Assembly (NCBI GenBank): GCA_041577295.1
Contig: JBFGJG010000008.1
Location: 32,001 to 96,000 of the forward strand
Source of the DNA: Gemmatimonadales bacterium
GTDB lineage: Bacteria; Gemmatimonadota; Gemmatimonadetes; Gemmatimonadales; GWC2-71-9
Length of the DNA stretch: 64,000 nucleotides
Reading direction: 5' to 3'
The notes below the pieces were generated by a model. That model saw nothing but the letters and a program-made list of their open reading frames with translations. It was not told the origin of the DNA and did no database searches. Positions within the stretch are counted from its first letter, which is position 1. Each line of letters starts with the position of its first letter. A program made the position numbers and the translations under genes. Below are positions 1 through 8,831 of the stretch, in pieces.

Positions 1-54
1 GAGCCGCGTTGTCCCGCCTACCGACACAACGCATTCAAACCGCATGGACATGTT

Positions 55-1182
55 TTGCTAGGAGTACTCCAGCTCACGGAGAAGGGCGCCGGATTCATTC
101 GCCGGCGTGACGCCAGTTACCTGCCGTCTCCCGACGACATCTACGTCCCCCAGAAGCTAGTCCGGCAATTTGGACTGCGGACGGGAGACGAGATCGTCGG
201 CGAGGTCGGGAAGTCACCGGGCCGCGGCAAGAGTCCACCGCTCAGAAGCCTCAAGGAGGTCAATGGTCAGCCCCCTGCCGACCTGAACCACCGACCCGAC
301 TTTCACCGCCGAAGTGCCGTCCACCCCAATACCCAACTTGTCTTGGAGTGCGGCCTCAAGCGGTCTGGCCAACCGGACTACACGAACCGCGTCATCGATC
401 TGATGTGCCCATTTGGGCTCGGCCAACGAGCCTTGATCGTCGCCCCGGCAAAAACCGGAAAAACGATGGTGCTCGAGGCGATCGCGCAGGGAATCGTCGA
501 GAACTACCCGGAAGCCACATTGCTGATTCTGCTCGTCGACGAGCGCCCGGAAGAGGTCACGGAGATGGAGTCGTGTGGCTTTGGCGAGGTCGTGGCCTCG
601 AGCTTCGACTTTCCTGCCGAGCGGCATACACAGATCGCGCAGCTCACGCTCGAACGCGCGCGACGAAGGGTGGAGTTAGGGCAGGATGTGATCATCATCC
701 TCGACTCCATCACGCGACTCGCTCGGGCTTTCAACACCGTGGTTCGGGGAACCGGCAAGACGTTGTCGGGCGGACTCGACGCCGGAGCCTTGGAGGAACC
801 CAAGCGATTCTTGGGTAGTGCGCGGGCCATTGACACATCCCAAGGCGGAGGATCGCTCACCATCATCGGTACCGCGCTCATCGACACCGGCTCGCTCATG
901 GACCAGGTAATTTTCGAGGAGTTCAAGGGAACGGGGAACAGCGAGCTCGTGCTCAACCGCGAGTTGGCCGACCGCCGGATCTTCCCCGCCATCGATCTCA
1001 ATGCGTCCGCAACCCGCCGCGAAGAGCTGCTACTGTCCACTCAAGCGCTCGAAGTGTCCCGCTTGCTGCGGCGGCGGCTGCCGCGAGAATCACCGGTCGA
1101 TGCGATGAAAGAGCTCCTCAGTCAGCTCTCCGGAACGCCGTCCAATGCCCAGTTTATCGCCAAGACGCTGAGGATGGACTGA
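55..1182 (+). CDS. rho: Transcription termination factor Rho, short/divergent form; frame is open back to the window edge, so the start is uncertain
   Basis: RNA-binding motif (GFIR...YLPSPDDIYV...FGLRTGD), Walker A APAKTGKT, DERPEEVT, DSITRLARAFN, IFEEFKGTGNSEL, RRIFPAID. Confidence 0.92.
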   Translation: MLGVLQLTEKGAGFIRRRDASYLPSPDDIYVPQKLVRQFGLRTGDEIVGEVGKSPGRGKSPPLRSLKEVNGQPPADLNHRPDFHRRSAVHPNTQLVLECGLKRSGQPDYTNRVIDLMCPFGLGQRALIVAPAKTGKTMVLEAIAQGIVENYPEATLLILLVDERPEEVTEMESCGFGEVVASSFDFPAERHTQIAQLTLERARRRVELGQDVIIILDSITRLARAFNTVVRGTGKTLSGGLDAGALEEPKRFLGSARAIDTSQGGGSLTIIGTALIDTGSLMDQVIFEEFKGTGNSELVLNRELADRRIFPAIDLNASATRREELLLSTQALEVSRLLRRRLPRESPVDAMKELLSQLSGTPSNAQFIAKTLRMD

Positions 1183-1198
1183 GGGCGGGATCGGCAGG

Positions 1199-4100
1199 AT
1201 GAGGTCTCAGTCACCACACACAACTCAACCACTCACCTTGCTTATGACGTCTACGCGCTGCTTGTCACTCGTTCTCGTGATTGCTGCGTCCCCACTCGCC
1301 GCACAACAAATCACCTCGGAAACGCTCGCCAACCTCTATTTCCGGACGATAGGTCCTGTGACCATGAGCGGACGGGTTGTGGACCTCGCGGTCGTGGAAG
1401 CGAATCCCTTCACGTTCTACGTCGCGTCGGCAACCGGCGGCGTATGGAAGACGGTGAATAACGGGATCACGTACAAACCGGTTTTCCAGAACGAGGGAAC
1501 CCATTCTGTTGGTGCGATTGCGGTGAGCCAACTCGATACCGCGGTCGTCTGGGTGGGCACTGGTGAGCGTGCCAACCGCCAGTCGAGCAGCTGGGGGGAC
1601 GGCGTCTACAAGTCCATCGATGGCGGGTCGACCTGGCGCCATGTCGGGTTGCGGAACAGTCATCACGTGGGGCGGATCGCGATCCATCCGACGGATCCCA
1701 ACACGGTGTTCGTCGCCGCTATGGGGCACCTCTGGGGGCCGAACGCCGAACGCGGACTCTACAAGACTACGGATGGCGGCGAGACGTGGCGTCGAGTGCT
1801 CGCTCTCGACACGCTGACCGGCGTGGTCGACGTCGCCATTGACCCCGCTGACCCTACAATCGTGTACGCGGCCTCCTACCAACGGATGCGCAAACCCTAT
1901 GGGTTCGATGGGGGCGGTCCGGGCAGTGGACTGTGGAAGTCCACTGATGGCGGCGAGCGGTGGCGAAGACTCGCAGGCGGGCTTCCGACGGGCGAGATGG
2001 GCCGGATAGGAATCTCGATCTATCGCAAGGACCCACGGATCGTCTACGTCTCCGTCGAGCAAGGATATCGTTACAACGCATCCACGCGCTACACGGAACG
2101 CGCAGCCGGGGTCTATCGATCCGAGGACCGAGGCGAGACGTGGGAACACATGAGCGATTGGAACCCGCGACCAATGTACGCGAGTCAACCCCTGGTCGAT
2201 CCGAACGACGACCAGCGCATCTACATGCAGAACTCGTTTTCCTTCTCGGATGACGGCGGCAAGACCTTCACGCGAGCGCGGCAGTCCCTGCACGGCGATG
2301 ACCGCATCCTGTGGGTGAATCCCACGGACTCTCGTCACGTGATCAAAGGTGATGACGGCGGGCTGGGGATCTCCTACGATCGTGCAAAGACCTGGCTGTT
2401 CGTCACCAACTTGCCTATCAGTCAGTTCTACCGCGTTTCCGTGGACAATCGAGACCCGTACTGGGTGTACGGTGGCCTGCAGGACAACGGAACGTGGATG
2501 GGACCCTCCGCGACGTACCTTACGGCCGGAGTTCGTTTCGAAGACTGGTTCAAGCTGGGCGGTGGTGACGGTTTTCAAGTCCGCCCTGACACGGTGGACC
2601 AACGCACCGTCTACGTCGAGTCGCAATACCTCGGTCTTACTCGCGTCGATCTCATCACGCGAGAAGCGAAGGACATTCGGCCCGGCGATCCGCGGGGCGC
2701 GATCGCCGCGAGACGGAATTGGGATGCGTGGGGACCTGGAGAGCCAGAGCCCGAACTCGGCAACGCCATGGCTCCTGCGAATTGGGATGGACCGTACATC
2801 ATCTCACCACACGACCACAACACGTTGTACGCCGGAACCAATCGGCTCTGGAAGAGCACCGATCGGGGTGATTCGTGGGTCTCGCTCGGCGATTTGACGA
2901 CAGGCGTCAACCGACGCGAACTCACGATCATGGGACGGCGAGCTCAGGACTCGACACCGTCTTTGGATGACGGAATCCCGTACTACCCAACACTCACTGC
3001 GATCGCTGAGTCACCTCTCCAACCAGGAGTGCTGTACGTGGGGACGGACGATGGGAACCTCCACGTCTCGCGAGACGACGGCAGGACATGGACCAACGTG
3101 ATCGGCCGCGTACCTGGTGCACCTCGGTCGGCGTGGATCAATGGCCTCGAGCCATCCCGGTTTGCGGCCGGCACCGTGTATTTGGTGATCGACAACCACC
3201 GTAACGACGACTACGCGAATTACGTCTATCGATCGGCCGACTACGGTCAGTCGTGGACGTCCATCACCGGGGATTTGCCGGCCAACCGGGCAACCCGGAC
3301 CCTCCGAGAGGATCTCCGCAATCCCAATGTGCTGTACCTCGGTACCGAGCTCGGGTTGTTCTACACGCCAAGTGGCGGTCGGCACTGGGTCGAGCTGAGA
3401 GGCAACATGCCGACCGCGGCGTTCAACGATTTGGTGATACAGCCCCGCGAAAATGATCTCGTGCTCGGCACGCACGGGCGGGGCATTTGGATTCTCGATC
3501 ATCTCAACGCGCTGCAGGAGTTGAACGAAGCAGCGCTCGCATCGGCCGCGCACCTGTTCACGCTCGAGCCAGCGGCACAAATCCGGTATTCGAACGAGAC
3601 GGGACACACGGGAGATATGACGTTCCGGGGTGAGAACCCGCCGGCCGGCGCAATCATCGATTATCATCTCCGCGCCCCGACCACCCACAGCGGGATCTCG
3701 CTCACGATTCACGACGCCCGCGGTCGGGAGGTCAATCGTGTGGAACCGGATACGACTGCCGGCCTGAACCGCGTCACTTGGAACCTGCGCTACGCGGATG
3801 TAGTCTCGCCGTCCAGTGACGAGGATGACGATGAGGGATTTGGACCACCCCGCCGCCTGCCAGGGCCCTGGGTTCTCCCTGGTCGCTACCTCGTACGGCT
3901 CACGGCAGGTGAGACCGTCATGGAGCAGTCTGTAGAGGTGAAGCCCGATCCGCGGCACGATTGGCCCCATGCCGAGATCGTCGCATGGCACGATACCATG
4001 GTCGCGGTCGCGCAGCTCATTCGCCCGTTCTCACCGATGGTGGACAGCGTTCGTCAAGCCAAGGAGGAGCTCGACAGCCTGCCAGAAGTCCAGCAAGCGC

Positions 4101-4315
4101 GGCACCGTCAGACGATGCACCTTGCGGACTCGATCGTACCGCTACTCACCGAGCTACGGAGCCGTCTGTTTCGATTGTACTTCGAGATGGACGAGTGGAC
4201 CGGCCCACCAACTTCGGATCAATACGCACAGCTCGCGTATTACCGAGAGTGGGTCGCTCGGCTCGAGCCAGCGGCACGGAGGATATTGCGCGCCGATGTG
4301 CGCGCAGCAGGTTGA
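1199..4315 (+). CDS. Secreted BNR/Asp-box (VPS10/sortilin-like) beta-propeller protein, putative glycosyl hydrolase
   Basis: Signal peptide (LAAQQ); IGPVTMSGRVVD start; many S.DGG.TW Asp-boxes; GGLQDNGTW; LGTHGRGIWILD. Confidence 0.85.
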   Translation: MRSQSPHTTQPLTLLMTSTRCLSLVLVIAASPLAAQQITSETLANLYFRTIGPVTMSGRVVDLAVVEANPFTFYVASATGGVWKTVNNGITYKPVFQNEGTHSVGAIAVSQLDTAVVWVGTGERANRQSSSWGDGVYKSIDGGSTWRHVGLRNSHHVGRIAIHPTDPNTVFVAAMGHLWGPNAERGLYKTTDGGETWRRVLALDTLTGVVDVAIDPADPTIVYAASYQRMRKPYGFDGGGPGSGLWKSTDGGERWRRLAGGLPTGEMGRIGISIYRKDPRIVYVSVEQGYRYNASTRYTERAAGVYRSEDRGETWEHMSDWNPRPMYASQPLVDPNDDQRIYMQNSFSFSDDGGKTFTRARQSLHGDDRILWVNPTDSRHVIKGDDGGLGISYDRAKTWLFVTNLPISQFYRVSVDNRDPYWVYGGLQDNGTWMGPSATYLTAGVRFEDWFKLGGGDGFQVRPDTVDQRTVYVESQYLGLTRVDLITREAKDIRPGDPRGAIAARRNWDAWGPGEPEPELGNAMAPANWDGPYIISPHDHNTLYAGTNRLWKSTDRGDSWVSLGDLTTGVNRRELTIMGRRAQDSTPSLDDGIPYYPTLTAIAESPLQPGVLYVGTDDGNLHVSRDDGRTWTNVIGRVPGAPRSAWINGLEPSRFAAGTVYLVIDNHRNDDYANYVYRSADYGQSWTSITGDLPANRATRTLREDLRNPNVLYLGTELGLFYTPSGGRHWVELRGNMPTAAFNDLVIQPRENDLVLGTHGRGIWILDHLNALQELNEAALASAAHLFTLEPAAQIRYSNETGHTGDMTFRGENPPAGAIIDYHLRAPTTHSGISLTIHDARGREVNRVEPDTTAGLNRVTWNLRYADVVSPSSDEDDDEGFGPPRRLPGPWVLPGRYLVRLTAGETVMEQSVEVKPDPRHDWPHAEIVAWHDTMVAVAQLIRPFSPMVDSVRQAKEELDSLPEVQQARHRQTMHLADSIVPLLTELRSRLFRLYFEMDEWTGPPTSDQYAQLAYYREWVARLEPAARRILRADVRAAG

Positions 4316-5178
4316 ACACGACGATCGCGAGAACGGCAATCGCGACGCTTGTCGCTGTGAGCGGTGCTTGCGCCGGATCGACGGTGCAAAGCGGCGTGGG
4401 CGATCGTCTCATCGCACACCCCCCGTATTACGCTGGGAAACAGCTAGAGACCGCGCTTGCACGTGTGGGCCACTTGCCCATCGCCTACCAGCGCGGTGCA
4501 TCCCAGGACGCGATGTTCGATCCCGCTGAGGGGGCGGGGACACCGGTCGGGCAGCTGCTCACCGAGATGAACGCGTACCTCAATGCCCTCGGCAAGAGCG
4601 TCCCACTCACGTCGTCAGTGGCAGAGCCTCGTGGCAGCCCCGATGTGCGCTTCGGGTGCGAAACGGATGCGGCAGGGGACTGCGAGCGTGACGAGACCTT
4701 CGATGTGCGGGCTCCGCAACTCCACCTGTCAATTGCGCGACCGCGACGCGAATGGGTGGCGTGGCTCAGTGACGCGCTCGCTCGCACGAGTGTGTCCCAC
4801 GCGCTCGTACTCAGGCTCGAGGTCGGTCAGTATTGGACGCGCCAGAAGAATCTCCGCGGGAGCAAGGAGGTGGAGCTGGGGACCGATTACGTCGTGCCGG
4901 TACCATGGCTGACCTCACTCGAAACGCCCGTTAGCGTCCTCCAGCTGACCGGGGCGGTGGTGGACCAAAACGGCCGTGCCATCCGCATCGGGGCGGAGGG
5001 AATGCTGGCTCGCCGCACCAGTCTCGTGCTCAGCTCGGAAGGCGGGCAGGCCCTGATCACCGACGACGACATCGCGGCGTTGCGGTCCTTACGGCGCGAC
5101 GATCTTTCCGGGAAGCCGCTCGTATGGCAAGTCGCGTTGTCGAACCTCGTGGCGGAGCTGACGGCTACGAGTCCCTAA
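4312..5178 (+). CDS. Hypothetical lipoprotein
   Basis: TTG at 4312 overlaps the upstream TGA; hydrophobic stretch then VSGAC lipobox; 3' part of ORF 3961..5178. Confidence 0.65.
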   Translation: MNTTIARTAIATLVAVSGACAGSTVQSGVGDRLIAHPPYYAGKQLETALARVGHLPIAYQRGASQDAMFDPAEGAGTPVGQLLTEMNAYLNALGKSVPLTSSVAEPRGSPDVRFGCETDAAGDCERDETFDVRAPQLHLSIARPRREWVAWLSDALARTSVSHALVLRLEVGQYWTRQKNLRGSKEVELGTDYVVPVPWLTSLETPVSVLQLTGAVVDQNGRAIRIGAEGMLARRTSLVLSSEGGQALITDDDIAALRSLRRDDLSGKPLVWQVALSNLVAELTATSP

Positions 5179-5373
5179 CTACGATCGCCGCTTGCGATTG
5201 CGGTGGCGCCTCCGTTCGGCGGCCTGCGCCTTCCTCCGTTTGGCGTCGCTCGGCTTCAGGTAGAAGCGCCTTCGCCGGAGTTCCTTGAGGATTCCCGAAC
5301 GCTGGACCTTGCGACGGAAGTGCTTGATTGCCCATTCCACCCGATCGTTATCACCCACGATGACTTCGGTCAC
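5179..5373 (-). CDS. rpsU: 30S ribosomal protein bS21
   Basis: 64 aa basic protein; AIKHFRRKVQRSGILKELRRRRFYLKPS matches the bS21 pattern; AGGAG RBS. Confidence 0.92.
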   Translation of the reverse strand: MTEVIVGDNDRVEWAIKHFRRKVQRSGILKELRRRRFYLKPSDAKRRKAQAAERRRHRNRKRRS

Positions 5374-5400
5374 AAGACTCCTATCGGTTGCATGTGCAGG

Positions 5401-5431
5401 AAAAGAAACGGGGCCGCCTGAGCGGCCCCGT
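5401..5431 (-). terminator. Intrinsic terminator between csp and rpsU
   Basis: 10-bp stem acggggccgc/gcggccccgt, 4-nt loop, then a T-rich tract (TTTCTTTT) on the minus strand. Confidence 0.75.
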
Positions 5432-5455
5432 CCGATGAGCGATCAGCGCAGTGGC

Positions 5456-5668
5456 TTACGAGCTCACAGGGCTGACGTTCTGGGCCGCAGGACCCTTCTG
5501 GCCCTGCACCACGTCGAACTCCACCTTCTCTCCCTCGCGCAGGGACTTGAATCCCGTCCCGGCGATGGCCGAGTGATGCACGAAGACGTCTTTCTCACCG
5601 TCCTCACGCGTGATGAAGCCGAAGCCCTTCTGATCGTTGAACCACTTCACGGTTCCTCGGGTACGCAT
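5456..5668 (-). CDS. cspA: Cold-shock protein (CspA family), 70 aa
   Basis: [15 protein letters not shown] (RNP1), DVFVHHSAI (RNP2), [18 protein letters not shown] before ATG 5668. Confidence 0.95.
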   Translation of the reverse strand: MRTRGTVKWFNDQKGFGFITREDGEKDVFVHHSAIAGTGFKSLREGEKVEFDVVQGQKGPAAQNVSPVSS

Positions 5669-5791
5669 ACTCACTCCTGTTGCGTTTGCGATGTTCGTCG
5701 GAGTCCGGTGGTACCCGACTTGCCGAGCGTCCATCATTTCTCGCGGTCGAACGTGCCCCCGCGTTGGGCTGCCGTCTGTTACGGCGTTTAC

Positions 5792-5885
5792 ACACGAAAA
5801 AAGGACCGGCGTCGCTGCCAGGTCCTTGTCGTGTCGCTGGTACTGAACGCGCCAATCCGGGCGCGTTGAACGCTATTGAAAGGTA
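5792..5885 (-). promoter_or_regulatory. Structured csp 5' leader: putative -10, hairpin, terminator-like hairpin
   Basis: TACCTT (5885-5880); hairpin 5846-5867; hairpin 5801-5827 ending in a T6 run on the minus strand. Confidence 0.55.
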
Positions 5886-6076
5886 GCGATCGCTCCCCCC
5901 AAGCGCCAGGTCCACTTTGCCACCGTCGGTCGGGCGCGGTTACGCTATGGATATCTCGGTCATACATTCTCGCCGACCCCCCGTTGGCGACGCCATGACG
6001 GCCTGCTCCGCCCTACGTCACCCCTGGCCCGTATACCGAGGTCCTCTCACTGCTTGCTTCGACCGAGGAGGCTCCC

Positions 6077-6481
6077 ATGCGCCGCGTCCTCCCCCTCTTG
6101 ATCGTCGCTGGTCTCGGCATCTCGTCCGCGGCTGCTGCGCAAGGCGTGCTCGTGGTCTCACAGAACAAGTGCGACCTAGGCACGCAAGGCGAGCTCCGCG
6201 CGTTCGCTGACTCCGCGTGGATACCCCTGGCACAGGAACTCGTGAATGAGGGCAGCCTCCTCGCCGCTGGATCGGCGTTCCATTTGTGGGGTGACGAGTG
6301 GAACGTGATCTACTGGTACACCGCAACGAGCATCTCGGCATTCCTCGAAGCGTGGTCAGAGCTGATTGCTCGCTCTCGACAGCGCTATCCGACTGCGGTG
6401 GCCAACTTCCAAGCCTGGTGTTCTGAGCACAAGGACACTTTCTACTCGTCGGGGGCGATTACCACTCCTCGTGCGCCGTAA
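6077..6481 (+). CDS. Secreted hypothetical protein
   Basis: GAGGAGG RBS; signal peptide ending AAAQ; 134 aa. Confidence 0.75.
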   Translation: MRRVLPLLIVAGLGISSAAAAQGVLVVSQNKCDLGTQGELRAFADSAWIPLAQELVNEGSLLAAGSAFHLWGDEWNVIYWYTATSISAFLEAWSELIARSRQRYPTAVANFQAWCSEHKDTFYSSGAITTPRAP

Positions 6482-6628
6482 CACGTCAGGGTTCGCAAAA
6501 CCGCTTCAGCCGCAACCGCTTGACCGGGCTATTGTTGGTCTTGATCGGCGGTTGGTGGCGGCGGACTAGCTTGACCTTCAGGAGTTGGGCGCAGCGCCAT
6601 AAACGCTGCCGAGAAACTGGAGGTCATC

Positions 6629-6814
6629 ATGAAATCGAAGAATCTGCTCGCAGTGCTGGGACTGCTGTTCACGGTTGGAATGGCCGGGAGCGCATGCTCC
6701 AGCGCAACGGAGCCCGAAGTCTCGCGCGCGGAGGCCACCGAAGCGCAGGCGCTTCAAAACCAACCAAACGAGGGTGGTGACAAGGAATCGAAGGAACAGG
6801 GCAGGCGGCGCTAA
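6629..6814 (+). CDS. Small putative lipoprotein (61 aa)
   Basis: GGAGGT RBS; MKSKN, hydrophobic core, then AGSAC. Confidence 0.65.
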   Translation: MKSKNLLAVLGLLFTVGMAGSACSSATEPEVSRAEATEAQALQNQPNEGGDKESKEQGRRR

Positions 6815-6931
6815 TCCCACCCACCCCTCCCACCGGAATTGGGGGGAGTGACAAGAGCAGGAAGGAGTAAGGCGTGGGGAAGAAGAAATCCTCACTCCTT
6901 ACTCCTTACCGCTTACGCCTTATTCTGTCAT

Positions 6932-7723
6932 TCACTTGCACATGCGCTCTACGACACCCTCCAACTCGCGGACGACGGCTTGCCGTCGCTCGCTAGGCAC
7001 AGAGAGCCCGTAGGCTTCGGCCACCAGACCGAGATCACGGAGCGCCCGGGTGCGCGGGTCGCGGCTCCCGTACCTGAGCTGACGCACCAGATCCACCATC
7101 GCGACCGGGGAGCGCTCCTCGTCTGTCGTGCCAACGGTATCGCTCAGTCCGATCAACTCACCGGCATGGGCCGACCAATCCCGGCGTAGCTCACAACAAT
7201 CCTCCCGCACTAATAACGTCGCGGCGTCTAGCGTGAGCCTGGCACGTGCCGGGACGGGTTTGCGTGGGACGAGGGGGTGCAAGTCGAAGACTTCAACACC
7301 ATGTCCGCGCCCGCTTCCAGCATCGTCGCGGTAGACCCAACGCTCCGCGAGGGCCTGCCAATCCATCGTCTGGACGACGCCGGGTGTGGCGCTGTCGAAT
7401 ATGATGAAGCGTCCGTCCACCTCGTTTGCGATGGATACCCAATGCTCCCACTGGTCGATACAGGCCAGCACCGGATTTCCACACCGCAACTGATGGATGA
7501 GTGCGAGACGAGCTCGCTCGCAATTCCCCATACGAACCGTTGGGAGATCACATGCGAACACGGCGGCCACCCGGGCGAGCTCCGACTCGTCTGTCCCCCC
7601 ACGGTCTGTTCCTGCCAGCAGTGCGAGACGTCGTTCGCTCTGGAAGATCCCCAGGGTGAGTAGCGCATGCTTGAGGGCAAACGGCCCGCACTCATAGGAA
7701 TTGGGCTGCTCGTAAATCGTCAT
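6932..7723 (-). CDS. C39-like cysteine peptidase domain protein
   Basis: YEQPNSYECGP (Q..C), WEHWV (His), IIFDS (Asp) in C39 order. Confidence 0.75.
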   Translation of the reverse strand: MTIYEQPNSYECGPFALKHALLTLGIFQSERRLALLAGTDRGGTDESELARVAAVFACDLPTVRMGNCERARLALIHQLRCGNPVLACIDQWEHWVSIANEVDGRFIIFDSATPGVVQTMDWQALAERWVYRDDAGSGRGHGVEVFDLHPLVPRKPVPARARLTLDAATLLVREDCCELRRDWSAHAGELIGLSDTVGTTDEERSPVAMVDLVRQLRYGSRDPRTRALRDLGLVAEAYGLSVPSERRQAVVRELEGVVERMCK

Positions 7724-7845
7724 CCTTCCCAACCCAGAAAGGGCCGGGAAGGATAGCGTTGGGGGGCCGTGGCATGTAGTAGGGTTAGCTGTCAGTGAAC
7801 TGACACTGCCGCGGCGCGAAATGCAACTGATTGAATCACATGCTC

Positions 7846-8682
7846 TTACGAGGCAGTGCGGTCTCGCCAGACGAAACCGCCAAGCGCGACGCGATACTCA
7901 CGCGTCCGTTGGTCGTACTTCACGCTGAACGTTCCCGGATACCAGCCCGGTTCGGTGACTTCCAACGGCACCGGTATCGGTATAGTGGTGTTGGGCTTGG
8001 ACTTCAGGTACGCCAGCGTCACCATCGGCTCGGCAAAGATGAGCTTTCCATCCCACGTGCCAAAGATGAACGTCTTGGTGAAGGCCCCACCCACAAACTC
8101 AGCCGACGCGGGATCGATCCAGTGCACCCCCATCTTGGGGAAGCCGAGCGGCTCCGGGGACACGTAGCCCGCTGGTACGAACGCCGGGCTCGGGTAGTGC
8201 GCAGCTTTGACAGCGAATTCTGGATCGTTCGGATCAATCAGCTCACGATCGTGCTCGTCGACCATATAGAAGTGAAAGTCGAAGTGCGGCGGATGATAGA
8301 TCCCATCCGGCTCGTGCCCTTCAGGGTTCCAGTTGAGTAGAACATGGCGAAACGGCTGCGGTGCATTGACTTCCGGCAACCGGAGGACGAAATCCGCCGC
8401 GGGATGCCCGCCGTGCCTGCTCACCTCATGCGCCGCCGGAAGTCCGGTGAGCGCCCCGGCCGAAAGGGCGACCCCCAACTCGATCGGACGCCCATCCCGC
8501 AATAGCGCGTACGTGTGCGCCTCACCGTTGCCAACGCTCACCCGCCCGCCGTGCACTGCAATCGTCCGTGCCTCGTTCGCAGGGACAAGTCGAAAAGCGG
8601 TCAAGACCAGTAAAACCGTCACGAACCCGGCGAGTCCGCTGCCGAGTTTGTAGGATCTCATCGTCGTCTTGGTCGAGAACAT
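7846..8682 (-). CDS. Secreted DUF5602/TTHB210-like protein
   Basis: GGAGG RBS; signal peptide; NWNPEGHEP, PHFDFHFY, MGVHW, IFAEPMVT. Confidence 0.75.
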   Translation of the reverse strand: MFSTKTTMRSYKLGSGLAGFVTVLLVLTAFRLVPANEARTIAVHGGRVSVGNGEAHTYALLRDGRPIELGVALSAGALTGLPAAHEVSRHGGHPAADFVLRLPEVNAPQPFRHVLLNWNPEGHEPDGIYHPPHFDFHFYMVDEHDRELIDPNDPEFAVKAAHYPSPAFVPAGYVSPEPLGFPKMGVHWIDPASAEFVGGAFTKTFIFGTWDGKLIFAEPMVTLAYLKSKPNTTIPIPVPLEVTEPGWYPGTFSVKYDQRTREYRVALGGFVWRDRTAS

Positions 8683-8760
8683 GGCCTCCTCCGTCTATGT
8701 GCCAGCCCCAGAGCCAGCCTAGAGCTGGGGCAGTGTGCGGGAGCAAGTTGGCAGTTGGCC

Positions 8761-8818
8761 GTTACGGGGGGCTTACCAAGGGGGGAAGGCGCTTACCAGG
8801 TGATTACCAGAGGGTAAG
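8761..8818 (-). promoter_or_regulatory. Phased direct repeats, putative SARP-type binding site
   Basis: TTAC(CA) at 8762, 8773, 8793, 8804 (spacing 11, 20, 11) plus an inverted GGTAAG at 8813. Confidence 0.55.
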
Positions 8819-8831
8819 GAGAAGCAGACCC

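Noticed and set aside
1265..2626. Long antisense ORFs (this one, 13071..14417, 24712..25716, 39690..40862 and others)
   Set aside because: Shadow frames of well-supported genes in GC-rich DNA.
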